A DNA stretch of 64,000 nt from Octopus sinensis (lineage: Eukaryota): NCBI RefSeq assembly GCF_006345805.1, contig NC_043004.1, positions 51,770,001-51,834,000 on the forward strand, read 5' to 3'. Below are positions 1-11,994 of this stretch, in pieces. The notes below the pieces were generated by a model. The model was not told the origin of the DNA and searched no databases. It worked only from the letters and a program-made list of their open reading frames with translations. The translations under genes and the position numbers were made by a program. Position 1 is the first letter of the stretch. The number at the start of each line of letters is the position of its first letter.

Positions 1-113
1 TTTCGGGGTCGATTAAATAAGTACCAGTTACGCACTGGGGTCGATGTAATCAGCGCTTAATCCCTTTGTTTGTCCCCTCTGTGTTTCGCCTCTTCTGGGC
101 AATTAAGAAATAA

Positions 114-669
114 GATGGCCAAAACAGCAGCAGAACTGAGTTTAAGCAATGTGAAGACATTGTTGACTGTTTTCTTTGACGGTAAGGGGATTGTTCATCA
201 TGAGTATGCTCCAGCTGGTCGGACAGTAAACAAGGAGTACTACCGTGACATTTTGCAGCATGGTATTCATCAGAAAAGGCCCCCAGTTGCATGCATCTGA
301 TGAGTGGCAATTGCACCCTGATAATGAACCTGCCCATTCAGCGCAGCTTGTTAGGCACTGCATTTCCCCAGCCCCAACAGCCACCATATTCCCCAGCTCT
401 TGTCCCTTGTAACTTTTCCCTCTTTTCAAAAATCAAATCCCACTCGAAAGGAAAAAATTTCAGGACCTTGAGGAAATCAAAGTGAAGGTGACAAGGCTGC
501 TGCTGATTATCCCAGAAAACGAGTTCCAAGAATGCTTCCATCAATGGAAACAGTCCTGGATTAAGTGTGTGGCTTCTGAAGGGGACTACTTTGAAGGAGA
601 TTAAATACCAAATTGGTAAGTAGTTTTGTTTTTATAGCACCAGTCTGAATACTTATTGATCAGACCTCG
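114..669 (+). mobile_element. Decayed mariner transposase 3' fragment with right TIR
   Basis: Frameshifted motifs VFFDGKGIVHHEY, PPYSPALVPCNF and QWKQSWIKCVASEGDYFEGD. Ends gatcagacctcg followed by TA at 670-671. Confidence 0.85.
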
Positions 670-697
670 TATATCTTTATCTATCTCTATGTATATG

Positions 698-751
<54 letters not shown>

Positions 752-754
<3 letters not shown>

Positions 755-830
755 TAAATTAGAGATAAAACCACTATTAGAATATAATATATTTGATTTG
801 CCTAATAGTGGTTTTATCTCTAATTTAATA
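752..830. repeat. Perfect 29-bp inverted repeat with 21-nt loop
   Basis: 752-780 tattaaattagagataaaaccactattag is the exact reverse complement of 802-830. Confidence 0.9.
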
Positions 831-1208
831 TAATATAATATATATAATATATTATACTATAAAATTGGATTTAATCCTAAATCTAATTTTTCCCTGTAAG
901 TTTGGATTTATTCCCTAATATTATTATTATTATATATATATATATTATATATATATATATAATGACCAAAATACAGCGGGCAAGAATATGACTAGGACAA
1001 CTCAGTATATCTAGCAGGACATCCCCTTCTTTATGTGTGCACCTGATGTGATTCAAACTGCACAGATTGATGCCACACAATTAGATGCACAATATTCTAT
1101 CCATGATGGATATTTGCAGGATGAGCTGAAATGATCATCATAAATAAAGACTAGTGCTAAATTTATCTTCCATTTCTTTCATTAATAATAATAATAGTAA
1201 TAATAATA

Positions 1209-1853
1209 GATAGATAGATAGATAGATAGATAGTTTTAAGAGACAGAACCACCTTCAAGCAACTCAACATTGAATGCTATTATCTATGATAGAGATATAT
1301 AAGATTAAATATTATCAACTTAATACCTGCAATTACTATCTGATTCATATACATTAGATAAACTACATGTGTTTCATGACAATAATTGCTAAAGTAGAAG
1401 GTTTAGAAGTCTATTGATCTGACTATACTGCCAATCTTCAGGTCTGGATTATATAAAACTACTTTACTATTTACAACTTATATACAGACATGATAATTAA
1501 AATTATACATTTATAAATCATCGAAAAAATTTATCTTAACTAAAAACGAACAAATAAAGCATAATAACTGGAAAAAGAAAATGAAGTTAACATATCTTTT
1601 TGGTATGTCTTCTTACTCACCTCGAATTAACCATGGCTAGTAAGTGAACAACGTATAGTCCATCATAGAGAGCTACAGTGTAGGGGAGATAATTCATATT
1701 AAAAAAGTTAATAAGAATTATCTCCCCTACATTGCAGATAGTAATTGCAGGTATTAAGTTGATAATATTTAATCTTACATATTTCTATCATAGATGCCGT
1801 TCAATGTTGTGTTGCTTGAAGGTGGTTGTCTCTTAAACCTATCTATCTGTCTG
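1209..1853. mobile_element. Foldback/MITE-like element with about 120-130 bp imperfect inverted arms
   Basis: 1209-1342 (…ccaccttcaagcaac…aatacctgcaattactatctg) is inverted at 1735-1853. Confidence 0.65.
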
Positions 1854-1864
1854 TATGTTTATCT

Positions 1865-1901
<37 letters not shown>

Positions 1902-2021
1902 CATATATAATATATAAAATACAGTGGGAAATTCATTTTAGTACCACTAAATTGAATTTCTCACCCCTGTGGACTCGGAAATAAATTCTCTAATATTAAT
2001 AATTATATATATACATATATA

Positions 2022-2428
2022 CAGCAGGAGTGGCTCTGTGGTAAGTAGCTTCTTTATGAACCACATGGTTCTGGGTTCAGTCCCACTGCATGGCACCTTG
2101 GGCAAGTGTCTTCTACTAAAGCCTCGGGCCGACCAAAGCCTTGTGAGTGGATTTGGTAGATGGAAACTGAAAGAAGCCCGTCGTATATATGTATATATAT
2201 ATGTATATGTGTGTGTGCGTGTATGTTTGTGTTTGTCCCCCTAGCATTGCTTGACAACCGATGCTGGTGTGTTTATGTCCCCGTCACTTAGCGGTTCGGC
2301 AAAAGAGACCGAAAGAATAAGTACTGGGCTTACAAAGAATAAGTCCCGGGGTCGAGTTGCTCGATTAAAGGCAGTGCTCCAGCATGGCCACAGTCAAATG
2401 ACTGAAACAAGTAAAAGAGTAAAGAGTA
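2022..2428 (+). mobile_element. tRNA-derived SINE, family A
   Basis: Head gcaggagtggctgtgtggtaag…gggttcagtcccactgc with A/B-box-like motifs, internal TA/TG microsatellite and (gtaaaaga)n tail. Nine near-full copies in the window. Confidence 0.9.
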
Positions 2429-2787
2429 ATATGATGGAATAAGTACCAGACTTGAAAATAAGTCCTGGAGTTGATTTGTTTGGTTAAACCCTTCAATGAC
2501 TGAAACAAGTAAACGATGTAAGGATAGAATGAAACTGAAACCGTATGCATCTTTAATACAATTGTATTGCTAAAGCTTAAATTGTAATACGTTGTACTAT
2601 TTTTATAAAAGAGTGAAGCATAGTGCCTGTCCTGCTGGACTGTGGATTCTAAGAAAATCTATCTGTAATGAATGGATGGCTCTTAGCCATTCAAAGATAT
2701 GGATTCAGTTGTTGAAGTAACTGAATTATCTGCTCAGTGGATTAGCATGTAAGTGGCTGAGTATTCCACAGAAATGTGTAGCATATA

Positions 2788-3180
2788 GGCGCAGGAGTGG
2801 CTGTGTGGTAAGTAGCTTGTTTACCAACCACATGGTTCCGGGTTCAGTCCCACTGCGTGGCACCTTGGGCAAGTGTCTTCTGCTATAGCCTCGGGCCGAC
2901 CAAAGCCTTGTGAGTGAATTTGGTAGACGGAAACTGAAAGAAGCCTGTCGTATATATATGTGTATATATATGTGTGCGTGTATGTTTGTCCCCCTAGCAT
3001 TGCTTGACAACTGATGCTGGTGTGTTTATGTCCCCGTCACTTAGCGGTTCGGCAAGAGACCGATAGAATAAGTACTGGGCTTACAAAGAATAAGTCCCGG
3101 GGTCGAGTTGCTTGATTAAAGGCGGTGCTCCAGCATGGCCGCAGTCGAATGACTGAAACAAGTAAAAAAGTAAAAGAGTA
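2788..3180 (+). mobile_element. SINE family A
   Basis: Near-identical to the other family A copies. Confidence 0.9.
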
Positions 3181-4114
3181 TTTGTGTAATTCTCAGACAG
3201 AATCAATATGACAACGTTTGACAAGAAATCCCTAGAATTACACTTATAATCCAGTGGACACTCTTCTGTTCAAGTTCTCTCTACTAAAATGCACTGACGG
3301 AGTTTGGGCTGAGGCTACAGAAAGTGACATATGACACAATAGGATCAAATCCAGGATCCCACAGTTGCTAAACAAACTTCTTAACCATTCAGCCTTGCTG
3401 CAACTTCTATCCCTTGCATGTCATATCTTGTGAAAAATACAAATAATGAATATTACCTGAAAGGCAAGGTGGGGAACTGACAGAATCATTAGCACTCCCG
3501 GCACACTGTTTAGTGACATTTCATCTGTCTTCATATTCTAAGTTTAAATTCTGTCGAGGTCCTACTTACCCCTACCCTAAAATTGCTGGCCTTGTGCCAA
3601 AATTTGAAACCAATTACTTGAAGGCATAGTAAGCAATGATGATTAAAATAAAGCTTTGTACAGTTTATATTTAACACATTCATGTACACTTGGACATGAA
3701 AAGACCTTTGCTGTGAATATTGGCCTTATACACTATGATGTTGATGGCATTGTTAGATACGTTTTTGCATCATTGCTCTTCATCAGTTACAGTTACTGAA
3801 TCCATCATTCACAGCCCACTGAGAAATATCATTCTTAGCATGTAAATATGTTGATGTGTGCAAAGCATCATCATCAAATATGTATAATTAAAGACACACT
3901 AAGCAGTGACGATTATGATAAAGGTGTGTACATTTATATTTAACTTGTTTGTGTACACTCAAATAGGGAAACACCTTTGTTGAGGAAACTGTTTCAGGAG
4001 AAAAAATTCTCCTCATAGACAATACATGTGTGGAAATACACCTGAGATAGTATCTGCAATAAAGGTCTTTCCACATTTGAATGTACATGAACATGTCAAA
4101 TATAACTGCACATA

Positions 4115-4518
4115 GGCGCAGGAGTGGCTGTGTGGTAAGTAGCTTGCTAACCAACCACATGGTTCCATGTTCAGTCCCACTGCGTGGCATCTTGGGCAAG
4201 TGTCTTCTGCTATAGCCCCGGGCCGACCAATGTCTTGTGAGTGGATTTGGTAGACGGAAACTGAAAGAAGCCTGTCGTATATATGTGTATATATATGTAA
4301 GTGTGTGTTTGTGTGTTTGTGTTTGTCCCCCTAGCATTGCTTTACAACTGATGCTGGTGTGTTTATGTCCCCGTAACTTAGCGGTTCAGCAAAAGAGACC
4401 GATAGAATAAGTACTGGGCTTACAAAGAATAAGTCCTGGAGTCGATTTGCTCGACTAAAGGCGGTGCTCCAGCATGGCCGCAGTCAAATGACTGAAACAA
4501 GTAAAAGAGTAAAGAGTA
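4115..4518 (+). mobile_element. SINE family A
   Basis: Near-identical to the other family A copies. Confidence 0.9.
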
Positions 4519-4845
4519 TACCTATGTTCAATTCATTGCTGCTTAATGTACCTCTAATAAATTAATTCTTGCTTAACAAAACTTCGTACACACCAGCAAA
4601 TTTAATATTTGATATTTAAAATAGAACAGATTTTAGTAGACTTTGAACAAAGTTTTGATGTCTGTGTCCGATGAAGCGTAACAATGCAGAAACGTGTCCT
4701 ATGGTCCAGTGATGTCATTCATAACATAATGGGTGTGGCTTCATATAAATTGTCTGCAAGGAGAATTTAATCTCCTGAGACAGTATCCCATTGAAGGTCT
4801 ATCCATGTTCCAGAGTTCACATGTTTAATATAATTGTATATATCA

Positions 4846-5156
4846 CTGTCACCGTCACCGTGACCGACCAGGCTATCAGATGTTGCTACACATCGCTGGT
4901 CACAATGTGCTTCGCATTGTTTTAGCCTTCAAATGACGTCACCCCGCTGGCTAAGCGAGCAAGCCAACAGAAGAAAGTGAGAGAAACTTGTGGCGAAAGA
5001 GTACAGCAGGGATTGCCACCACCCTCTGCCGGAGCCTCGTGGAGCTTTAGGTGTTTTCGCTCAATAAACACTCACAACGCCCGGTCTGGGAATCGAAACC
5101 GCGATCCTATGACACTGAACCCAAAACTGCCCTAACCACTGGGCCATTGTGCCTCC
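4846..5156 (-). mobile_element. tRNA-derived SINE, family C variant
   Basis: Minus-strand head ggaggcacaatggcccagtggttagggcag…cgcggtttcgattcc. The 5' half is shared with 42377-42760; the 3' half differs. Confidence 0.85.
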
Positions 5157-5845
5157 AATTGTATATATACACAAATATAAATAGCACTGTGTAACAAAAA
5201 ATTTTTTTTTCTTGTCTCTGGTCAGAAAGTGTTATTTCCTATTTGCTTCTATTTATAAATCAAAGGAAATGACTACTATTCCCTTCAAACTTTGCTTTTG
5301 TGATCTGGACATCAATGCTTTCCATTCCTTCCAGGTTGATAAAATAAAGTACCACTCAAGTATTGAGGTTAATCATCAACATCATTTAGTGTATGTTTTC
5401 CATGGGTGAGATGGTTTGACAGGAACTGGTGAACAAGAGAACTGCACCAGGCCCCATTGTCTGTTTTGGCTCAGTTTCCATAACTGGATGCCTTTTTTTT
5501 GCAGAGTATACTGAGTGTCTCTATTGCATGTCACTGGCACATAAAATGTAATCGCCATCCCTTCTCCCCTAAAATAATCAGGCCCAGTGCCAAAATTAAA
5601 AAAAGACCATTAATTAATGGAGAAATTGCCTTGTGGAGGATAATTGCAAATTGACTTCATCTTCCATTCACTGGAGTATTCATAGGGTGGTTGCGGTAAA
5701 TGTGGATTAATTAAAATTACTGATGTAAATTTTAATCAACTAGGTACAAGTATGGCTGTGTGGTTAAGAGTTTGCTTCCCAACCATATGGTTTTGGGTTC
5801 AGTGTTACTGCATAGCAACTTGGGCTGACCAAAATCGGATCTTTA

Positions 5846-6491
5846 CCTTTTGTCTGACAGATTTAAAAAATAATTTTTTGCAACTAAACACTTTCAGACT
5901 TCGTATACTTGTAGAATGTTTCACATAAAACATCTTTTACTCTTGGCATTTTTGAGAAAATTCTGTATTATGGAAGTTATTTCTTGTTAAAGTTGTCATA
6001 TTTTGGTAATTTCAACCAATCAATGACATGTATTCAGCTGAATAAAATTACTGCCGTTGTTTGTCAACAACTATCGGTGGTGTATATTTCTTTTGTCACT
6101 GTTATTTATGACATCGTTCATGCATTTGTACAGGTTTTAGCTTTAAGGTTTTAGGGTTAGGGTTTTAGAGTTAGGGTTAGGGTTAAGGTTTTAGGGTTAG
6201 GGTTTTAGAGTTAGGGTTAGAGTTAGGGTTAAGGTTTTAGGGTTAGGGTTTTAGAGTTAGGGTTAGGGTTAGAGTTAGGGTTAAGGTTTTAGGGTTGGGG
6301 TTTTAGGGCTAGAGTTACGGAAAAAAATGAAAAATGAAGCAAGAATGATTATGGTGGTGCCATGAAGTAAACGTACTTCAGATACACTCGTTTATTCATA
6401 CAAACGTAACTGAGATGAAATATGTCATAAATAACAGTGACAAACGAAATATACACCGCTGACAGTTGTTGTTGACAAAGAAGGGCAGTAA
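5846..6491. mobile_element. Unclassified non-autonomous element with inverted internal arms around a degenerate (TTAGGG)n array
   Basis: Arms at about 6047-6115 and 6422-6491 are inverted. TTAGGG/TTAGAG array at about 6135-6316. The 5' part recurs at 8303-8483. Confidence 0.7.
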
Positions 6492-8796
6492 CCATTTTAA
6501 TCCTTTTTAATACCAATCAATTGGTGACTGTCCCCTAATTCCATGATACAAACTTCTAATACAGCTCCAAGCTGATCAAAGCCTTATGTGTAGATTTGGT
6601 AGACAGAAACTGAAAGAAGCTTATTGTATGTGTGTGTGTTATGGTCTCCTTGTTTTGACACCATGTGATAGTTGTAAACAAGTGTCAGCATCACACAAGC
6701 AGTGTCCTTCATTTCCAATAGTCCACAAAAACCAGTAAGTAAAATCTCTAGCTGGTAACCACCAGAGGGGGAGGCTGTCCTCTCAACCAATACGTTGTGG
6801 ATGCCACTGGATGATGGACTCTGGCAATGATGTTATTCCATGCTTTCTGATCCATGACGCTGGCCTTAGCCTGCTTGAGGTTTAGGTGCTGTGACTTCAG
6901 TTTCTTTTGCCCATATTCTTTAGTGCACTGTAGCAGTGGGCAGCTTGTATGTCACTCAGATTCCTTATAGTTTCCTCCCCAATTATTCCTAAGGTTCTAC
7001 AGTCAGAGGTACTAGTAATACACTGGTATTTACTTTACTTCTGCCGTTACGTTGTGAGTTCAAATTCCGCTGAGGTCGACTTTGCTTTTCATCCTTTCGG
7101 GGTCGATAAATTAAGTACCAGTTATGCACTGGGGTCGATATAATAGACTTAATCCGTTTGTCTGTCCCCCCTGTGTGTAGCCCCTTGTGGGCAGTAAAGA
7201 AATAGGTATTGACTTTACTTTACACTACCACTCCCTCATCTTATAACCTAGAATGTGAAGAGAGAGACAACTGAACATCATAGAGTTAGGGTTAGGGTGC
7301 TTTAGCCCATTCTGCCATATCAGTAATAACTGTTTCATATTTTGGAACAGTGCCAGTAATTTCAAGAGCATTAGGTTATTCAATTATATTTATAATAATG
7401 ATAACCACTTCATATTTGAGAAGTTGTAAGCAGGACTGTAGATTGTAGTTGGTAAAAATGTACTGATTCCAACTGAATGTAAAAAGTAACAGATAATATA
7501 TTAATATGTCCAATTTCACAGACATTAATTTGAGAATAATTAAATTGGATCTAAGGGTTTCTATGAATGTATATCTAGTTGAATTGACTCATCAAGATTT
7601 AATGCCCATTTTCCATGCTTGCATCAGTTGAACGGCTTGATAAGAATTGGCGAAAGTCAGGGGCTGCACCAACTTCCATTGCCTGTTTTGGCTGGATGCC
7701 CTTCCTAATGTTAATCACTCCATAGAGTACTGGGGTGCTTTTTATGTGGCACCAATACCATGCTACCAGCATCCACAGCAATGCTTTTTACCTGTTACCA
7801 ACCTTCACCTGTTTTAAAGTTAATATTTCTCCATGGAAAACTGGAAGTGAACATTACTTGTATAATAATAGTGCTCATTTACAACCATGATGAATATGCG
7901 AGCACCCTTGCCATACAAAGGTGCACACATATACATTGATATATATATATATATATGTACACATACAAGTAGTTCCTTTCAGTTTCCATCTGCCAAATCC
8001 AGTCACAAGGCTTTGATTGACCCAGGACACTTACCCAAGATCACATGGGTTGGAAACAAGGTTAACCCTTATCATTTACAACTATCACATGGTGTCAAAA
8101 CAAGACCATAACACACACAATAAGCTTCTTTCAGTTTCTGTCTACCAAATCTACACATAAGGCTTTGATCAGCTTGGAGCTGTATTAGAAGTTTGTATCG
8201 TGGAATTAGGGGACAGTCACCAATTGATTGGTATTAAAAAGGATTAAAATGGTTATTTAAGTTGCTTTAGGTGTTCAATCATTAATTTTAACTTAGATTT
8301 TGGGGATCTTTACCTTTTAACTAACAGATTTAAAAAATAATTTTTTGTAACTAAACACTTTCAAACTTCGTATACTGGTACAATGTGTCACATAAAACAT
8401 CTTTTTTGGAAGTTATTTCTTGTTAAAGTTGTCGTATTTCGGTAATTTCAACCAATCAATGACGTGTATTCAGCTGAATAAAACAAGGTTAACCCATATC
8501 TGGCCTAAATATTTTTGTTTTATGTTCAAACCAGCTAGATCTGGCCTCTCGAAATCATGAGATTATGCACAATCAATTCAAAACAATGTGCATAAATACG
8601 CATTACATTTAACGAAGTAATCTGAATGGTAAAGGGTTAAAACACACATGAATACGCATGACCAAGTAGTTAGGGCATTACACTCAAAACTGCAAGGTCA
8701 TGGTTTCAATTTCTGGACTGGGTGGTGTATTGTGTTTTTGATTAAAACAACTTCAGGTTTCTCCTGTCCACTCAGCGGTGCATGAATAACTCTGCC

Positions 8797-9213
8797 AGTA
8801 CACTTTACGTTGTCGAGCGATTACTGTTTACATCTCGTTCGGAGATTTATTAATGCTTTCAGACAGTTTTTCTAAATCAGTGACTGTGGTTGCTGGGAAA
8901 AACATTAAATAAATATTTGCAAACAGGTCTCCCCAATCGAAAACCAGTGATTACCATACGTTGACGAGAGGCAAAAACCTCGAAACTATAGTCCATATGT
9001 ATCACTTAGGTTTTTCGAGAGGGGATGACCTCCCTTTGCGAATATCAGAAGGGCACAGAAAGTGTGTCTAAAGCCAGCTGGAGACGACGATCTCCTGGGG
9101 CTAAAAGCTTCAGTAACACCCACCCCCAGTGGCTAGCCACATTCAGATGGCTAGTACACTTTACGTTGTCGAGCGGTTACTGTTTACATCTCGTTCGGAG
9201 ATTTATTAATGCT
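8797..9213 (+). mobile_element. Penelope/retrozyme-like unit: 356-nt monomer with 61-nt terminal direct repeat and one hammerhead motif
   Basis: 8797-8857 equals 9153-9213 with 1 mismatch. The hammerhead motif lies inside. Confidence 0.6.
8946..9006 (+). ncRNA. Minimal type-I hammerhead ribozyme motif (C3U variant)
   Basis: agtgattaccatacg-UUGACGA-gagg caaaaa ccuc-GAAA-c UAUA g-UC|catatgtatcact. Stems I and II can pair, loop 3 is palindromic, and the cleavage triplet is GUC (8991-8993). Confidence 0.7.
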
Positions 9214-9762
9214 CTGTTATAGACTAGCATCAAAATATTGGATCTTGGTCACTTATACTCCATGGAAACAGGGTAACTGGCCCAGTGAGTCATGGAACTT
9301 GAGACACAACTTGACTTTTAAGTGCCTGTATCTTCTATCTTTTACTTGTTTTAGCCATTAATTAGACTGCAATCATGCTAGGGCACCACCAGTAAGATGG
9401 GTCAACCTTAGTACTTATAATCTTTTTTGTTGAGCCTGGCACTTATTTTGTAAGTCACCTTGCTGAATTGCTAAGTTACAGGGATATAATCACACCAAAA
9501 CCAGTTGTTAAACAGAGGTAGGAGACACATACATATGATGGGCTTCTTTCAGTTTCTGTCGACCAAATCCACTCACAAGGCTCTGGTCAGCCTGAGGTTA
9601 TAGCACAAGACACTAACACAAGGTACCATGCAGTGGGATTGAACTCAAAACCATGTGGTTGAGAAGCAAACATTTTACCACACAGCATCTATATGGAAGA
9701 TTTTGTGTATTGATCTCACAGCCCTGGTTTTTTTTTTATAATGAACCAGAGCCTAACCTTAA

Positions 9763-10227
9763 CCCTTTTAGCATTTGGTTCATTTTAATCCCAACCTGCC
9801 CCTGAGACCACCTTTGGTTCTATGACAGAAACTGTTTTAAAATGACTTAAATTACATCAAAATTTTATGTTATTTCGTTCCAGACATCCACTTAACCCTT
9901 TCGTTACTGTATTTATTTTGAGATGCTCTGTGTTTCTTTCAATTATTTTAAATATAATAAAGAATTTAGTAAAATAACTTATTTATCATTAAGCTAGTGT
10001 TAGGAACATAATTGCAACTATGAAAAACTTATGAAAACAAGACATTAATACTACAGAGCCAGATTTGGCCGGGTTGGTAACGAAAGGGTTAAATAATGAG
10101 AGTTATTTTACTAAATACTTCATTATTTCAAAAACTAATTGAAACGAAGGCAATATTAAAATGAGGTAGTTTTGATGAAGCATTGTGTGGTATAACTTGA
10201 AAAAGATATGGTTTAAATGTTAAAGGG
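9763..10227. mobile_element. piggyBac-type MITE (TTAA|CCCTTT…AAAGGG|TTAA), host of a nested MITE
   Basis: TTAA at 9759-9762 and 10228-10231, with CCC/GGG ends. Confidence 0.75.
9896..10088. mobile_element. piggyBac-type MITE, family P1 (nested)
   Basis: TTAA target duplication, TIR ccctttcgttac/gtaacgaaaggg. Homologues at 46846 and 52629. Confidence 0.85.
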
Positions 10228-11257
10228 TTAACCTTGCTTCCAACCCATGTGACTTTAAAAAGAAGTTGCTGTGTAAGGGTTGACAACCCCTTCTTCAAGA
10301 CATTTGGAAAGAGTTGCTTAGATGTAGTTGGAAAAACAGCGTTGCTCAAATGTCCCGAAGAAAGGGGTCTTCACCTCGAAATATAGAAACACTGAAACTT
10401 GTTTTGTTTTCTTTTCCTTTTGTAGTTTACTTGCATTGTTCTGGCCTTACATAACAATCTTCTATAAGGCAATATATTTCAGCAGAAGTAACAAAAGGAT
10501 TGCTTTATGTTCAGATCAGTCAGGTTTGAATCTCATAGGTACTCATAAAAAACAAACAATCACATCACTGAAGTCTTGAAACTATGACATAATGTATCCT
10601 TTATCTGTTTTAGCCATACAGGGACACTGCTTTGGGTTACTACTCATTTTTGCCAGCTGAGTGACCTGGAGCAACATGAAATAAAGACCAGCAGTTGCCT
10701 ATACATACCAGCCACCCCGCTCCATGCCACTGATGTTATCCAAGAGAAAGGCAAAGGCTGATACAGCTTGGCACCAGTGACATCGCAATGTGGAATAAAG
10801 TGTCTTACTCATGAACACACGATCTAATGACTGTGAACTTGACACTCTAACCATTCAGCCATGCACCTTCACATTCTTTTGAAGTAATCATTCATTATCT
10901 CGTAGCTTCAAGATATCAATGACCTGCTTATTTTTTGAATAAACAATCAATTCGACACAACACACACGCCCAGTACGGGAATCAAACTCACCTCATGATT
11001 GATAGCCCAACAATCAAACCACTGAGCCATCTACCATCACAGCTTGGATAACAAACCAACATTAACAGCACCATATCAACAATATTACACTGTAACACTC
11101 ACCCCCACAACCACTTTGGTCAGTAAATGTTATTTTCCATTTGCTTCTATTCGGAAATCAAAGAAAATGTCTACTATTTCTTTCAAAATTTGCTTTTGTC
11201 ACCTGGACATCAATGTTTTGAAGCTGGTCTCTTTTCCATTACATTTCAGAGAGATTC

Positions 11258-11428
11258 AGCACAGGAGTGGCTGTGTGGTAAGTAGCTTGCTAACCAACCA
11301 CATGGTTCCGGGTTCAGTCCCACTGCGTGGCATCTTGGGCAAGTGTCTTCTGCTATAGCCCCGGGCCGACCAATGCCTTGTGAGTGGATTTGGTAGACGG
11401 AAACTGAAAGAAGCCTGTCGCATATATG

Positions 11429-11459
<31 letters not shown>

Positions 11460-11654
11460 GTGTGTTTGTCCCCCTAGCATTGCTTGACAACCGATGCTGG
11501 TGTGTTTACGTCCCCGCCACTTAGCAGTTCGGCAAAAGAGACCGATAGAATAAGTACTGGGCTTACAAAGAATAAGTCCTGGGGTCGATTTGCTCGACTA
11601 AAGGCGGTGCTCCAGCATGGCCGCAGTCAAATGACTGAAACAAGTAAAAGAGTA
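11258..11654 (+). mobile_element. SINE family A
   Basis: Near-identical to the other family A copies. Confidence 0.9.
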
Positions 11655-11994
11655 AACAGAGCACTGAGTTGCTGAAGCAGAAATATCATCATAGCAAATA
11701 TTCTGCTCCATGCCTGATTTGCTTGACCATGTCTCTTAGTGGCTGTCAATAGGTGCATCTCTGATCCATTAACAGGAATAGTGGGGGAGCATCATAACCA
11801 TGTGTTGAGAGGGATTCTTTCGGGTTTGAGTGAGTGCAACAAAAGCAAAGTTTGAAGAAAATATTAGAGCCATTTTTCAAACTTCCTTGGGATTGTACAA
11901 ACAGGAAATAACAGTCATTATTCAAGGAAAGAAATCATGTTACACAGGGTTAATTAGCAAACAAAATAAATAATTAAAACCACAAAGAATTTTT

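Noticed and set aside
295-305. CTGATGA hammerhead core
   Set aside because: Part of the mariner coding remnant (SDEWQL), with no GAAA half or stems.
3888-4337. Recurrent ORFs such as MLGGQTQTH…RQASFSFRLPN and MTTDAGVF
   Set aside because: These are chance translations of SINE family A copies.
4661-4710. Hammerhead-like ccgatgaagcgtaacaatgcagaaacgtgtc
   Set aside because: U4 is C, there is no G10.1-C11.1 pair, and stem I does not pair. At most a relic.
6135-6316. Telomere or chromosome-fusion scar
   Set aside because: Short, degenerate and single-orientation, and enclosed by element arms whose 5' part recurs nearby.
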